Below, piece after piece: positions 1-8,400 of a stretch of DNA of 64,000 bases. Below the pieces are notes generated by a model. It did not search any database. It had not been told where the DNA came from and was given only the letters and a program-made list of their open reading frames with translations. How positions within the stretch are numbered: the first letter of the stretch is position 1; the number at the start of each line of letters is the position of its first letter. This stretch comes from a virus. Taxonomy: Duplodnaviria > Heunggongvirae > Uroviricota > Caudoviricetes. A program made the translations under genes and the position numbers. The stretch lies in the IMG/VR virus record IMGVR_UViG_3300003267_000376. The stretch is one strand, 5' to 3'.

Positions 1-589
1 CCAGCATCTGGCGAGTTACCAATTCCACGACCTGCCGCTGATGGTCATTCCGCCGCAGGGTGGGATGGTGGCGGATCTGAACTACGCGGCCAAGGCGGTG
101 CTCACCGACCCGACCGTGACCTATCTGGGCTTCGTCGGGGACGATCATCGCTTCCGCAGCTCCGGCTGGGATCGTTCCTTCCTCGACACGCTCACCGCCA
201 ATGGTGGCGGTTTCGCTTACGGCAATGATCTGTTCTGGCCGCACGGCGAGATTCCAACCCAGATTTTCGTCAGCGCCCACATCGTGACGGCGCTGGGGTA
301 TTTCGCTCTTCCGCAATGCAAGCATCTCTACGTCGACAACGTATGGCGCGAACTGGGGGAAGGTGCCAACGCCCTGTTCTACTTCCCGAACATGGTGATC
401 GAACACCTGCATCCAGCAGCTGGCAAGGCCGAGTGGGACGAGCAGTACCGCTTGGTGAATAGCGAGGAACGCTATGCCGCTGATCGACAGGCGTTCGAGA
501 CATGGCTGGCCACCAAAGCACCGGAGGATATCGAGATTGTCCGAAGCGCCATTGCTCGCTCCATTCTCGTTAACCGAGATCCAAGCTAA
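1..589 (+). CDS. glycosyltransferase-like protein, 5'-truncated at the window edge
   Basis: The ORF is open to position 1. It carries a DDH/DxD-like motif (FVGDDHRF) and the aromatic/hydrophobic pattern of a GT-A fold. It sits in a cluster with other sugar-modifying enzymes. Confidence 0.4.
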   Translation, partial: QHLASYQFHDLPLMVIPPQGGMVADLNYAAKAVLTDPTVTYLGFVGDDHRFRSSGWDRSFLDTLTANGGGFAYGNDLFWPHGEIPTQIFVSAHIVTALGYFALPQCKHLYVDNVWRELGEGANALFYFPNMVIEHLHPAAGKAEWDEQYRLVNSEERYAADRQAFETWLATKAPEDIEIVRSAIARSILVNRDPS

Positions 590-1331
590 AGGCGGCCCCG
601 TCTTCCCGAACACGATCCCGTTTGAGCACATCACCTTCGCCATCGTGGTGTGGAATGACCAAACCCGGCTGCATCAGCTACTGGACTACGTGCGGCCCTA
701 TTTCTCCACCCTCGCCGTGGTGGTGCAGCAGTCCGATGACAGCACGATGCGGGTGGCCAAGGAAATCGCCGACATCATCGCGGTCGATGCGCATCGGGGC
801 TACGGCGACGCCAGTTTCGGGCCCTTGCTGCTGCCGATGATCAAGACCGAATGGACGTTCAAGGTCGATGTCGACGAGTGGCCTTCGGTGCAGTTGTTGG
901 AGTCGCTGTCCAGTGCGACCTGGAGCTGTGAGCAGGACCAGCGCTTTCATGACGGCGCCTGGATCCCATTCCGCTCGAGCGTCGACGACATTGAATACGA
1001 GGAGCAGCACGGGCATCTGCGCCTGTTCCGCACCTCGCTGGGGTGGCCCGCCACCCTTCACAGCCGACCGATGACTTCGCGAACGCTGTACTGGCATACC
1101 GGGCATATCCGGCACGACCGGACGCTCGACGAAATGATGCAGGACTACCTGCGCTATTGGAATGTGGGGCGTGGCAACGCTGGTTGGGACGCCCACAACA
1201 AACTGATGATGTACCACGCCTGTGTCGGCACTGCCGAAAAGAAGGGGTGGGACTACGTCAGATCGTTTGATTGGTGGCCTCGCGTGGAGGCCATCGCCTT
1301 TGAGGAGTCGAAACCATGGCTGCAGCCCTAG
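474..1331 (+). CDS. family-2-like glycosyltransferase (GT-A fold)
   Basis: The N-terminal beta-strand ITFAIVVWND and the motif QQSDDSTMRVAKEIADI match a GT2 signature. The start is uncertain: ATG 474 overlaps the upstream gene by 116 nt in another frame, with no in-frame ATG afterwards. Confidence 0.6.
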   Translation: MPLIDRRSRHGWPPKHRRISRLSEAPLLAPFSLTEIQAKGGPVFPNTIPFEHITFAIVVWNDQTRLHQLLDYVRPYFSTLAVVVQQSDDSTMRVAKEIADIIAVDAHRGYGDASFGPLLLPMIKTEWTFKVDVDEWPSVQLLESLSSATWSCEQDQRFHDGAWIPFRSSVDDIEYEEQHGHLRLFRTSLGWPATLHSRPMTSRTLYWHTGHIRHDRTLDEMMQDYLRYWNVGRGNAGWDAHNKLMMYHACVGTAEKKGWDYVRSFDWWPRVEAIAFEESKPWLQP

Positions 1332-1612
1332 CAATCACGCCTGCGTCCGGGTCGATCACGGCCACGGTGTCGGTGTGCCGTATCAACGTGACCGGCGCGG
1401 ATCCGAACAAGGTCGATGGTAGCGAGAACCGCTACAAGATCGTCGCCTCGTGCACCGGTGTGGATGACCTCGTGAGCCACGAATTCAACGTGAATGGTGG
1501 CAAGCACGAGTGGAACAACCTGATCTTCCCCGAGGCGGGGAGCTGGACCCTGGATCTGGTGGACCTGTCTGATGACAGCGTGGCCGCGACCGCGGCGGTG
1601 ACGGTCGCCTAA
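1316..1612 (+). CDS. hypothetical protein
   Basis: 98-aa ORF with a GAGGAG RBS upstream, co-oriented with its neighbours. Confidence 0.45.
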   Translation: MAAALAITPASGSITATVSVCRINVTGADPNKVDGSENRYKIVASCTGVDDLVSHEFNVNGGKHEWNNLIFPEAGSWTLDLVDLSDDSVAATAAVTVA

Positions 1613-2209
1613 TTGTCCAGCCGACGCCGTCTGTATCCCGAGCAGGCTGTGGATTACCGCAGCCTCGCTCGCCATAACTCGGAGTTCACCGACCATGTCG
1701 GGCGAACCCTCGCTACGGCGGCGGCCATCGCCTTCACCCAACCCAAGACGGTCTGCGACCCCGCAGTCGGAGACGGCTCGATCCTCGATGCGGCCTATGC
1801 TCTGCACCCCTTCCAGCGGGCCTACGTGTCCGATCTGTCTGAACCGAATATCGAGCGTATCCATGGCAAGACGTGGCCCAAACAGGCAGCGGTTAAGGAC
1901 ATTACTCAGGCCATCGTGGATCTGCCGGAAAAGGTCGACACCTTGGTCCTTACAGAAATCCTGGAGCACTTGGAAGATCCCGATAGCGTGGTCGCCCAAG
2001 CCCGCCGCAAGGCGGACGTCCTCATCGCCTCCTCCCCAGTAGAGGAGCCGGATGGCATCAGCAACCCTGAGCATCTGTGGAGTTTCGGGCGGGACGGGTA
2101 CCAAGACATGCTGCGTGAAGGAGGGTGGATCCCGTTTAGCTACACCGAGATCGGCTTCCCGGGGGATTGGCGCTTGTATTACACCTTTCAGATATGGGTA
2201 GCACGATGA
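1613..2209 (+). CDS. class I SAM-dependent methyltransferase
   Basis: Motif I is VCDPAVGDGSILD and the LVLTEILEHLEDP motif is typical of type 11/12 methyltransferases. The start is TTG 1613 (GTG 1646 is the alternative). Confidence 0.7.
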   Translation: MSSRRRLYPEQAVDYRSLARHNSEFTDHVGRTLATAAAIAFTQPKTVCDPAVGDGSILDAAYALHPFQRAYVSDLSEPNIERIHGKTWPKQAAVKDITQAIVDLPEKVDTLVLTEILEHLEDPDSVVAQARRKADVLIASSPVEEPDGISNPEHLWSFGRDGYQDMLREGGWIPFSYTEIGFPGDWRLYYTFQIWVAR

Positions 2210-2313
2210 AGAAAGACTTCTGGGAGCTCATGTCGCTGATCGGCATCCCGGGCCTGATGTTGATCGCGGTGCTCTTCACCCTGACCTGGTTCCTAGCGGA
2301 GCAGCTGAAGTGA
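2206..2313 (+). CDS. small membrane protein (35 aa)
   Basis: The ATGA overlap with the upstream stop indicates translational coupling. The product has a single TM helix (MKKDFWELMSLIGIPGLMLIAVLFTLTWFLAEQLK). It is below the size cutoff of the ORF track. Confidence 0.35.
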   Translation: MKKDFWELMSLIGIPGLMLIAVLFTLTWFLAEQLK

Positions 2314-2501
2314 GTGAATCCATTCTGGTGCGCGCCATCGCTGCCGTCCTGAGCGTGGTGATCTGCGCTGGCATCGTGATGGTGCTGTGGAATTTCGTCT
2401 TTAGTCGTGCGATTGGCATTGGCGCCTTGGATTACTGGGCCAGCCTCGCGTTGGTGCTCATCCTGCGCTTCTGCTCACCGCCACGCTGGGAGAACACGTG
2501 A
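2310..2501 (+). CDS. small membrane protein
   Basis: A GTG start overlaps the upstream stop. Two hydrophobic helices are predicted. Confidence 0.4.
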   Translation: MSESILVRAIAAVLSVVICAGIVMVLWNFVFSRAIGIGALDYWASLALVLILRFCSPPRWENT

Positions 2502-3427
2502 AGGTTCTGATTACCGGCGCCGCAGGTTTCCTCGGTCGCCACTACACCCGCTATCACCTCGAGCAGGGGGACGAGGTGACCGCGGTTGATGATCTCTCCA
2601 ATGCCACCGAGCCAGAGTTCCCGATTACAGTGGCCGATGCCGGAGCGTACCTCCTCGATGGAACCCCTCATTTTGACCGTGCTTACCATTTTGCTGCTCC
2701 AGTTGGTGGACGACTGAAGATCGATCTCGACCCACTGTTCAATGCCGACTCATTACGTCTGGATTCGATCTTCTTCCGCTGGGCAGTGAATAACACCAAG
2801 GTCGCGATCTACCCTTCCAGCTCGGCCGTGTATCCGGTCTATCTACAGCAGGCCGACAATTTCTACCCGTTGCGGGAGGAGATGTTTGTTCCACGTGAAG
2901 CGACTTGGGGCACTCCTGATCAAATGTATGGGTTTACCAAACTGGTTGGCGAATTTCTGGCCTGGAAAGCCAGCGTATATGGACTATCCACGCTCTGCCT
3001 ACGACCCTTCAGCGGATACGGCGAAGGTCAGTCCTTTGAGTATCCCGTCCCCAGCATCGTCCGCCGCGCGCTCCGCGGCGACAACCCCATTGATGTCTGG
3101 GGACCAGGTGACCAGAGCCGCGATTTCATCCATGTGGAGGATCTGGTACGAGGAACTATGGCGCGCCTCAGCGCGGGGGTTCGCGGATATAACGCACTGA
3201 ACCTCGGTTCCGGGATCCCCACCACCTTCACCCAGGTGGCGGTCATCGCCGCCGAGCTGGTGGGCTACTCACCGCAGATTCGGCCGCAGCCGGATAAGCC
3301 AGTGGGGGTCATGCATCGTTATTGCGACCCGACCGAGATGCTGCGCTACTACCGGCCGCAGATCACCCTCCCGCAAGGGTTGCAGCGCGTGCTGGAGGAG
3401 GTTGACCGTGCCCCGGATCGTGAATGA
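2498..3427 (+). CDS. NAD-dependent nucleotide-sugar epimerase/dehydratase (SDR family)
   Basis: ITGAAGFLG is a Rossmann motif and YGFTK is the catalytic YxxxK. The GTGA overlap gives start coupling. Confidence 0.85.
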   Translation: MKVLITGAAGFLGRHYTRYHLEQGDEVTAVDDLSNATEPEFPITVADAGAYLLDGTPHFDRAYHFAAPVGGRLKIDLDPLFNADSLRLDSIFFRWAVNNTKVAIYPSSSAVYPVYLQQADNFYPLREEMFVPREATWGTPDQMYGFTKLVGEFLAWKASVYGLSTLCLRPFSGYGEGQSFEYPVPSIVRRALRGDNPIDVWGPGDQSRDFIHVEDLVRGTMARLSAGVRGYNALNLGSGIPTTFTQVAVIAAELVGYSPQIRPQPDKPVGVMHRYCDPTEMLRYYRPQITLPQGLQRVLEEVDRAPDRE

Positions 3428-4238
3428 CGGGCCGGCGCCCGATCTGGCGGTCTACACCATGCACAGCGAGGGAACCGACATTGGGACCATCGCGATTCCG
3501 GTGCGGGATCAAGTCAACGCCGCCACCACCACCAGCTTGGTGATGACTGATTACAGCTTCCTGCAGCAGGGCCAAACGATCGAGCGACTGATTGTGCAGG
3601 GCAGCGTGCTGACGCTGCAGCGCAACGAATGCATCCAGCGCATGAAGGGCGACTGGCTGTTGTTTATCGACGACGACATGGTCTGGGACCCGGACATCAT
3701 TGGTCGCTTGATCGCGACGCGCGATGAGCATGATCTGGACATGCTCGGCGCGCTCTGCTATCGGCGCAGTGCTCCGCATCAGCCCACCTTGTTCATGCGC
3801 GAGGGGCCGACCTACGGGCAGTACAACTACCTCGAACGATGGGATGACGACATCATCGAGGTCGACGCCACGGGGATGGCCTTCATCGTGATCCACAAGC
3901 GTGTCTTCGAGCGTATCGCTGGGACGGAGATGCCGCCCTACGATGTGCGCGTCGGCATGAAACCGCCCAACTTCTTCCGTTGGGAAGGCGCGCTGGGTGA
4001 AGATCTCCGGTTCTGTCAGGACGCCCGGGCGGCTGGCTGCCGGATCTGGGTCGACACCCGCCTGGAAATTGGCCATGTCGGCGAACGCGTCATCCGTCGC
4101 CGCGACTTCCTTCTTGAACATGCGTTTCGCGACGAACTCGAGCTTGATCGCCGCCGGCGACTGAATGACCGAATGAACCTCACCACCCTCGAACCTGACG
4201 AGGCGCTGAAGGAGCTTATGCATGGAATGGCACGGTGA
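3402..4238 (+). CDS. glycosyltransferase (GT-A fold, DxD)
   Basis: LLFIDDDMVWDPD is a DxD motif and GEDLRFCQDARAAGCRIWVD is present. TTG start 3402 has a GGAGGAG RBS 5 nt upstream. Confidence 0.75.
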   Translation: MTVPRIVNDGPAPDLAVYTMHSEGTDIGTIAIPVRDQVNAATTTSLVMTDYSFLQQGQTIERLIVQGSVLTLQRNECIQRMKGDWLLFIDDDMVWDPDIIGRLIATRDEHDLDMLGALCYRRSAPHQPTLFMREGPTYGQYNYLERWDDDIIEVDATGMAFIVIHKRVFERIAGTEMPPYDVRVGMKPPNFFRWEGALGEDLRFCQDARAAGCRIWVDTRLEIGHVGERVIRRRDFLLEHAFRDELELDRRRRLNDRMNLTTLEPDEALKELMHGMAR

Positions 4239-4629
4239 CCTGCCGGTCTACCTGATGATCTTTGTTGAGAACGAGCGCATCACGGTCGACCTTGATGAGC
4301 GCGGCTGGAGCGAAAAATATGCGGCCTATATGCGCGCCCCCGGCTATTGGTTCTTGTTTGCGAAGGATCGTGAACGGCCCATCTTCGAGATGACCGTCAA
4401 GGAGGGCGAGCAGCCGTATTACACCCGTCGTACGGTCGGTATCGCAGGCAGTGGCGGATCGAATGACGTGTCCTTCTATGGCATCGGCAAGAAGCGCCTC
4501 GATGGGCATGTTGATCGGCTGTGGCTGGCCCCGGATGGCGCGATCTGCGCAGGTGACGATGTTGATCAATTCGGGGTGGAGTACGTCAAACGGCTCGGCC
4601 CCAAGCTCATCCCGGCCGAGGTGTCCTAA
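4222..4629 (+). CDS. hypothetical protein
   Basis: 135-aa ORF with an AAGGAG RBS and protein-like composition. Confidence 0.55.
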   Translation: MEWHGDLPVYLMIFVENERITVDLDERGWSEKYAAYMRAPGYWFLFAKDRERPIFEMTVKEGEQPYYTRRTVGIAGSGGSNDVSFYGIGKKRLDGHVDRLWLAPDGAICAGDDVDQFGVEYVKRLGPKLIPAEVS

Positions 4630-5399
4630 TGGCGCTGAAGTACCCCGTTGACAATGCTGTAGAAACCCAGGGTTGGGGCTCTTCGCCGCTGGCGGCCGAG
4701 CCGGCCATGTATTCCGATGGCAAGACCGCCTGGTGGAACCCGTATCCGGGAGCGAGCTTCTTCTGGCATTTCCATGCCGCGCTTGACATCGCTGCCCCCC
4801 AGGGCACTCCGATCTGGGCCTCCGAAGATGGGACGGTGATTGAGAGCTATTACGACAGCGTCAATGGCGGCGGCAATAAGGTCCGCATTCAGATTCGCCC
4901 CGGCATCAGCTACTGCTCGAACCACATGTTTAACCGCGCCGTCTCGGTCGGGCAGAAGGTGAAGCGTGGCCAACTCATCGGTCGCGTCGGCAGCACCGGC
5001 AACTCGACCGGTCCCCACAATCACTTCTGGGTGGGGATTGATGATGCGGTAGGCAGTCAGACCTGGCCGCGCCTGTTCAACCCCAAGCTGTTCTTCTACG
5101 GCGGGGCGCTGGCCAATGACGCCCGCATCCAGCCGCTGCAGCTGATCCCGTATGTCACGCTCAAGGGGCCGGGTATCAACATCCGCACCTCACCCGATCT
5201 CGATGTGGGCTCCTCGAATGTCTTCGCCACCAGTCAGGCCGATGGCATTTACCGCAACGGCAAGCGCCTCGGTCCGCTGTCCAAGCATTTCGAGTTCATG
5301 CGTAATGTAACGACCGATGACGGTCGCTTTGCCAAAGTTATCGCCTTTAATCGCAACCTGTACATCTACCGCGACTTGGTGGATTTCCATAAGTCGTAA
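4629..5399 (+). CDS. M23 family metallopeptidase (LytM domain) with C-terminal extension
   Basis: The motifs HAALDIAAPQGTPIWASEDGTV and GSTGNSTGPHNHF give the HxxxD...HxH zinc site. Confidence 0.85.
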   Translation: MALKYPVDNAVETQGWGSSPLAAEPAMYSDGKTAWWNPYPGASFFWHFHAALDIAAPQGTPIWASEDGTVIESYYDSVNGGGNKVRIQIRPGISYCSNHMFNRAVSVGQKVKRGQLIGRVGSTGNSTGPHNHFWVGIDDAVGSQTWPRLFNPKLFFYGGALANDARIQPLQLIPYVTLKGPGINIRTSPDLDVGSSNVFATSQADGIYRNGKRLGPLSKHFEFMRNVTTDDGRFAKVIAFNRNLYIYRDLVDFHKS

Positions 5400-5439
5400 G
5401 CGTTAGCCGCAATCCCATGCGGCGTTCGGAGCCAATCCC

Positions 5440-8400
5440 ATGGCCATTACCCGGACTGCCAAAGGCACCAATACCAGTAAAACCTCAGGGACAACCCTGA
5501 CTCTCGCCAGCGTGTCTATGACCGCTGGCGATTTACTCGTTGTTTCGCTGGCTTACGACGACCAGACCCTCGACAGTGTGACCTGGGGCAGCGAAACGCT
5601 GACTCTCCAGACGGCTGTGCTCGGCGCCGGGGTGCGAACCAGGTTGGCATGGAAGGTTATCGCCAGTACCGGTACTCAAACCATTACCGCCACCTGGACC
5701 GCGAGCCTCACCGCTAAAGCGCTCGCCGCGTCGAGCTACCACTGCGATGTCGGCGGAACGACGCCAGCCGCCGGTGCTGAAGTCAACAACACCGGCACGG
5801 GCACCAGCGCCTCCACCGCTAACTCTAGTGCCATCGTGGGTGGCACGAACTCCATCCTGGCTGGCGTGGTTGGTACTGAAGGCCCCAGCGGTGATACGGC
5901 GGGCACCTGGTCCACACCGAATACCAACGGTCAGCGCGCGGGCACCACCGGTAACCCGGCCGCCAGTAACGTGACGGTCTCTGAGGCCTACACGCTAGGA
6001 CCAGCCGTAGGAAGTACCCCTGCCCTGTCGAAGACGGGCATGACCAGCCGCGACTGGGGTGCTGAGCTGCAAGCGTTCTACTGGTCTACCACGATTAGTA
6101 GTTCCTTCACGGCTAATGCGATTATTAAGGCGACTACGGCGGGGTCATTCACCGCCGACGCCGCGATAACGCTTATTACGTTCCCCATCACGACTAACGC
6201 GGTCATTAAGGCCACGGCTAGCGGCACATTCACGGCTAACGCCATCATCTTTCGAACGGTTGTTGGTTCACCAGGGCCCACGGTTGCCTATAAGACCTCG
6301 GTTAGCACTACAGGAACGCAAATCGATATTCCCCTCGGTACCCCTACCGTTGGTGATCAGCTGCTGATCGTGATCATGAGCGCCCAGGGCAGCGGTCTCA
6401 CCTGGGGATCGACGCCGAGTGGCTGGGTAACTCAGGATTCGACCAATCCCACGAGCACTAAGCCCGGCGCCAAGGTTATGTGGCGCACCGCGACCTCGGC
6501 CGACATCAATGCCACCGTGTCGGTGACGATCAGTTCGTCGTCACCAATGATGGCGGTCCTCGTGCACCTGAACCGCTATCAATGGTTCTCTGGACCGGCG
6601 ACCCTTATCACGACCCTGGTAGATACCACTTCGTCTTTTAGCCCGCCGACCTTCACACCAGACCCTGCTGAATATCGTGCTGCGTGGTGGTTCACCCTCA
6701 AGGACAACAATGAATCCGTAACCGTCCTCTCGGGCCCATTCATGGCCATCGGTGAGCTTAGTGACGGTAGTTGGCGCGCCGCGCTACATTGGGTATACCC
6801 CGGAGTTGTTGGTGGTCGTGCTGTCCCATTTTCACCTGTCGGCACCTTGCAGTGGTCGACCCCCGCAGATGCCCTCAGCTATGGCGTTGTGTTCGGTTGG
6901 ACCACGTCCGGATTCGTCACGGATGCTGTCCTCTCCAAAACGCAGAATGCGAATCTTACCGCCGACGCAGTTATTGCGGCTACTGGTGGATCATGGAACG
7001 CCAGTGTTCTCGCGACGGTAGCGACTGGCGTTGATTCTATGACGGTATCGTCTGGATCGATCACCGTCAATCCGAATCGGTTAATCGTGATCTTCACCGG
7101 TGTGCGCGCCAACACTCAGTCGGGCGATCCCACGATCGGCGGCACGCTCGGCCTGTCATTCTCGAAGGTCGACAGCACCTTTGGCACCGGTGCCTACTAC
7201 GGCATGTTCGTGGCACTGTCCGGTGCAGGCGGTACGGGCACGATCGTGGCCGATTACACCGCCACCGCCGATATCACCCCTGGTTCCGAGACGATGTTCG
7301 TCCTAGAGATCGATGGGGCGGATATTTCGGGGACCGCGCTCGGCGCGATCGTCCAGCACAATTCGAACAACGCCGGTTCATCGACTTCGTCGTCGGTCAC
7401 CCTCGGCGCTGCGGTTGACACCAACAACGCGGTCATCGCTGGAACCCAAGTGCGCGGTGTCAACGAAGACATCACGCCTGATACGGCCGACTCCTTCACC
7501 GAACTCCAAGATCAGGGCAATACCAGCCCGCAGAACCAGGAAGAGACCCAGTGGCGGGCCGGCGGTTTCACGGGAACCACAGTCACGGCCTCGTGGACCA
7601 CCTCGGCTGGTTACCGCATGATTGCGGCCGAGATCAAGAAATCCGGTGGCAGTACTGTCAGTGGCTCCTTCACGGCCAATGCGGTCATTAAGACGACGCA
7701 ATCGGCCAGTCTCACCGCCGATGCAGTCATCAAGGCTACCCAGTCAGCCTCTTTCACGGCTAACGCAGTTCTCTTCAAGACACAATCGCTTAGCTTCGCT
7801 GCTGACGCGATCGTGCTCAAGACGCAGAGCGCAACCTTCGCGGCCGATGGTGTCATCATGGCCACCATCAGCGGTTTCGTCACCGCCAGCGCGGTTCTTA
7901 AGGCTACGCTCAGCGCCAGCTTTACTGCGGACGCGATAGTCTTTAAGACGCAGGCGGCTTCATGTACGGCCGATGCCGTTCTTTTCAAGGCACAGGCCGC
8001 TAGCTTCACGGGTGATGCGTTTCTGCTGGCAGTGCGGAGCGGTTCATTCACTGCCGATGCGGTCGTCTTCAAGACACAATCGGCGTCCTTCGCCGCTGAT
8101 GCGGTCCTGTTCAAGACGCAGAGCGCATCACTCACCGCTGATGCGGTCGCCTCTAAGACGCAGTCTGCGACGTATACCGCAGATGCCGTCCTGCTACGAA
8201 CGCAGGCAGGGTCATTCAGCGCCGATGCCATTGTTCTGAGGACCCAGTCATCGACCTTTGCAGCCGATGCCATCATTCTGCGCACAATCACGTCGCTCAC
8301 TGTCGTCGACAAGTTCTACTTCCATGATGCCGCTACGAGTGACAGTGGCACGCTACCCAGTGGTCAGCTCAGCTCATACACCATCGATGGCAGTGGAACC

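Noticed and set aside
1328-2104. 258-aa minus-strand ORF
   Set aside because: It is antisense to the methyltransferase gene and its neighbours, and it has an Arg/Gly-rich artefact composition.
3363-4223. 286-aa minus-strand ORF
   Set aside because: It is antisense to the DxD glycosyltransferase, which has clear motifs on the plus strand.
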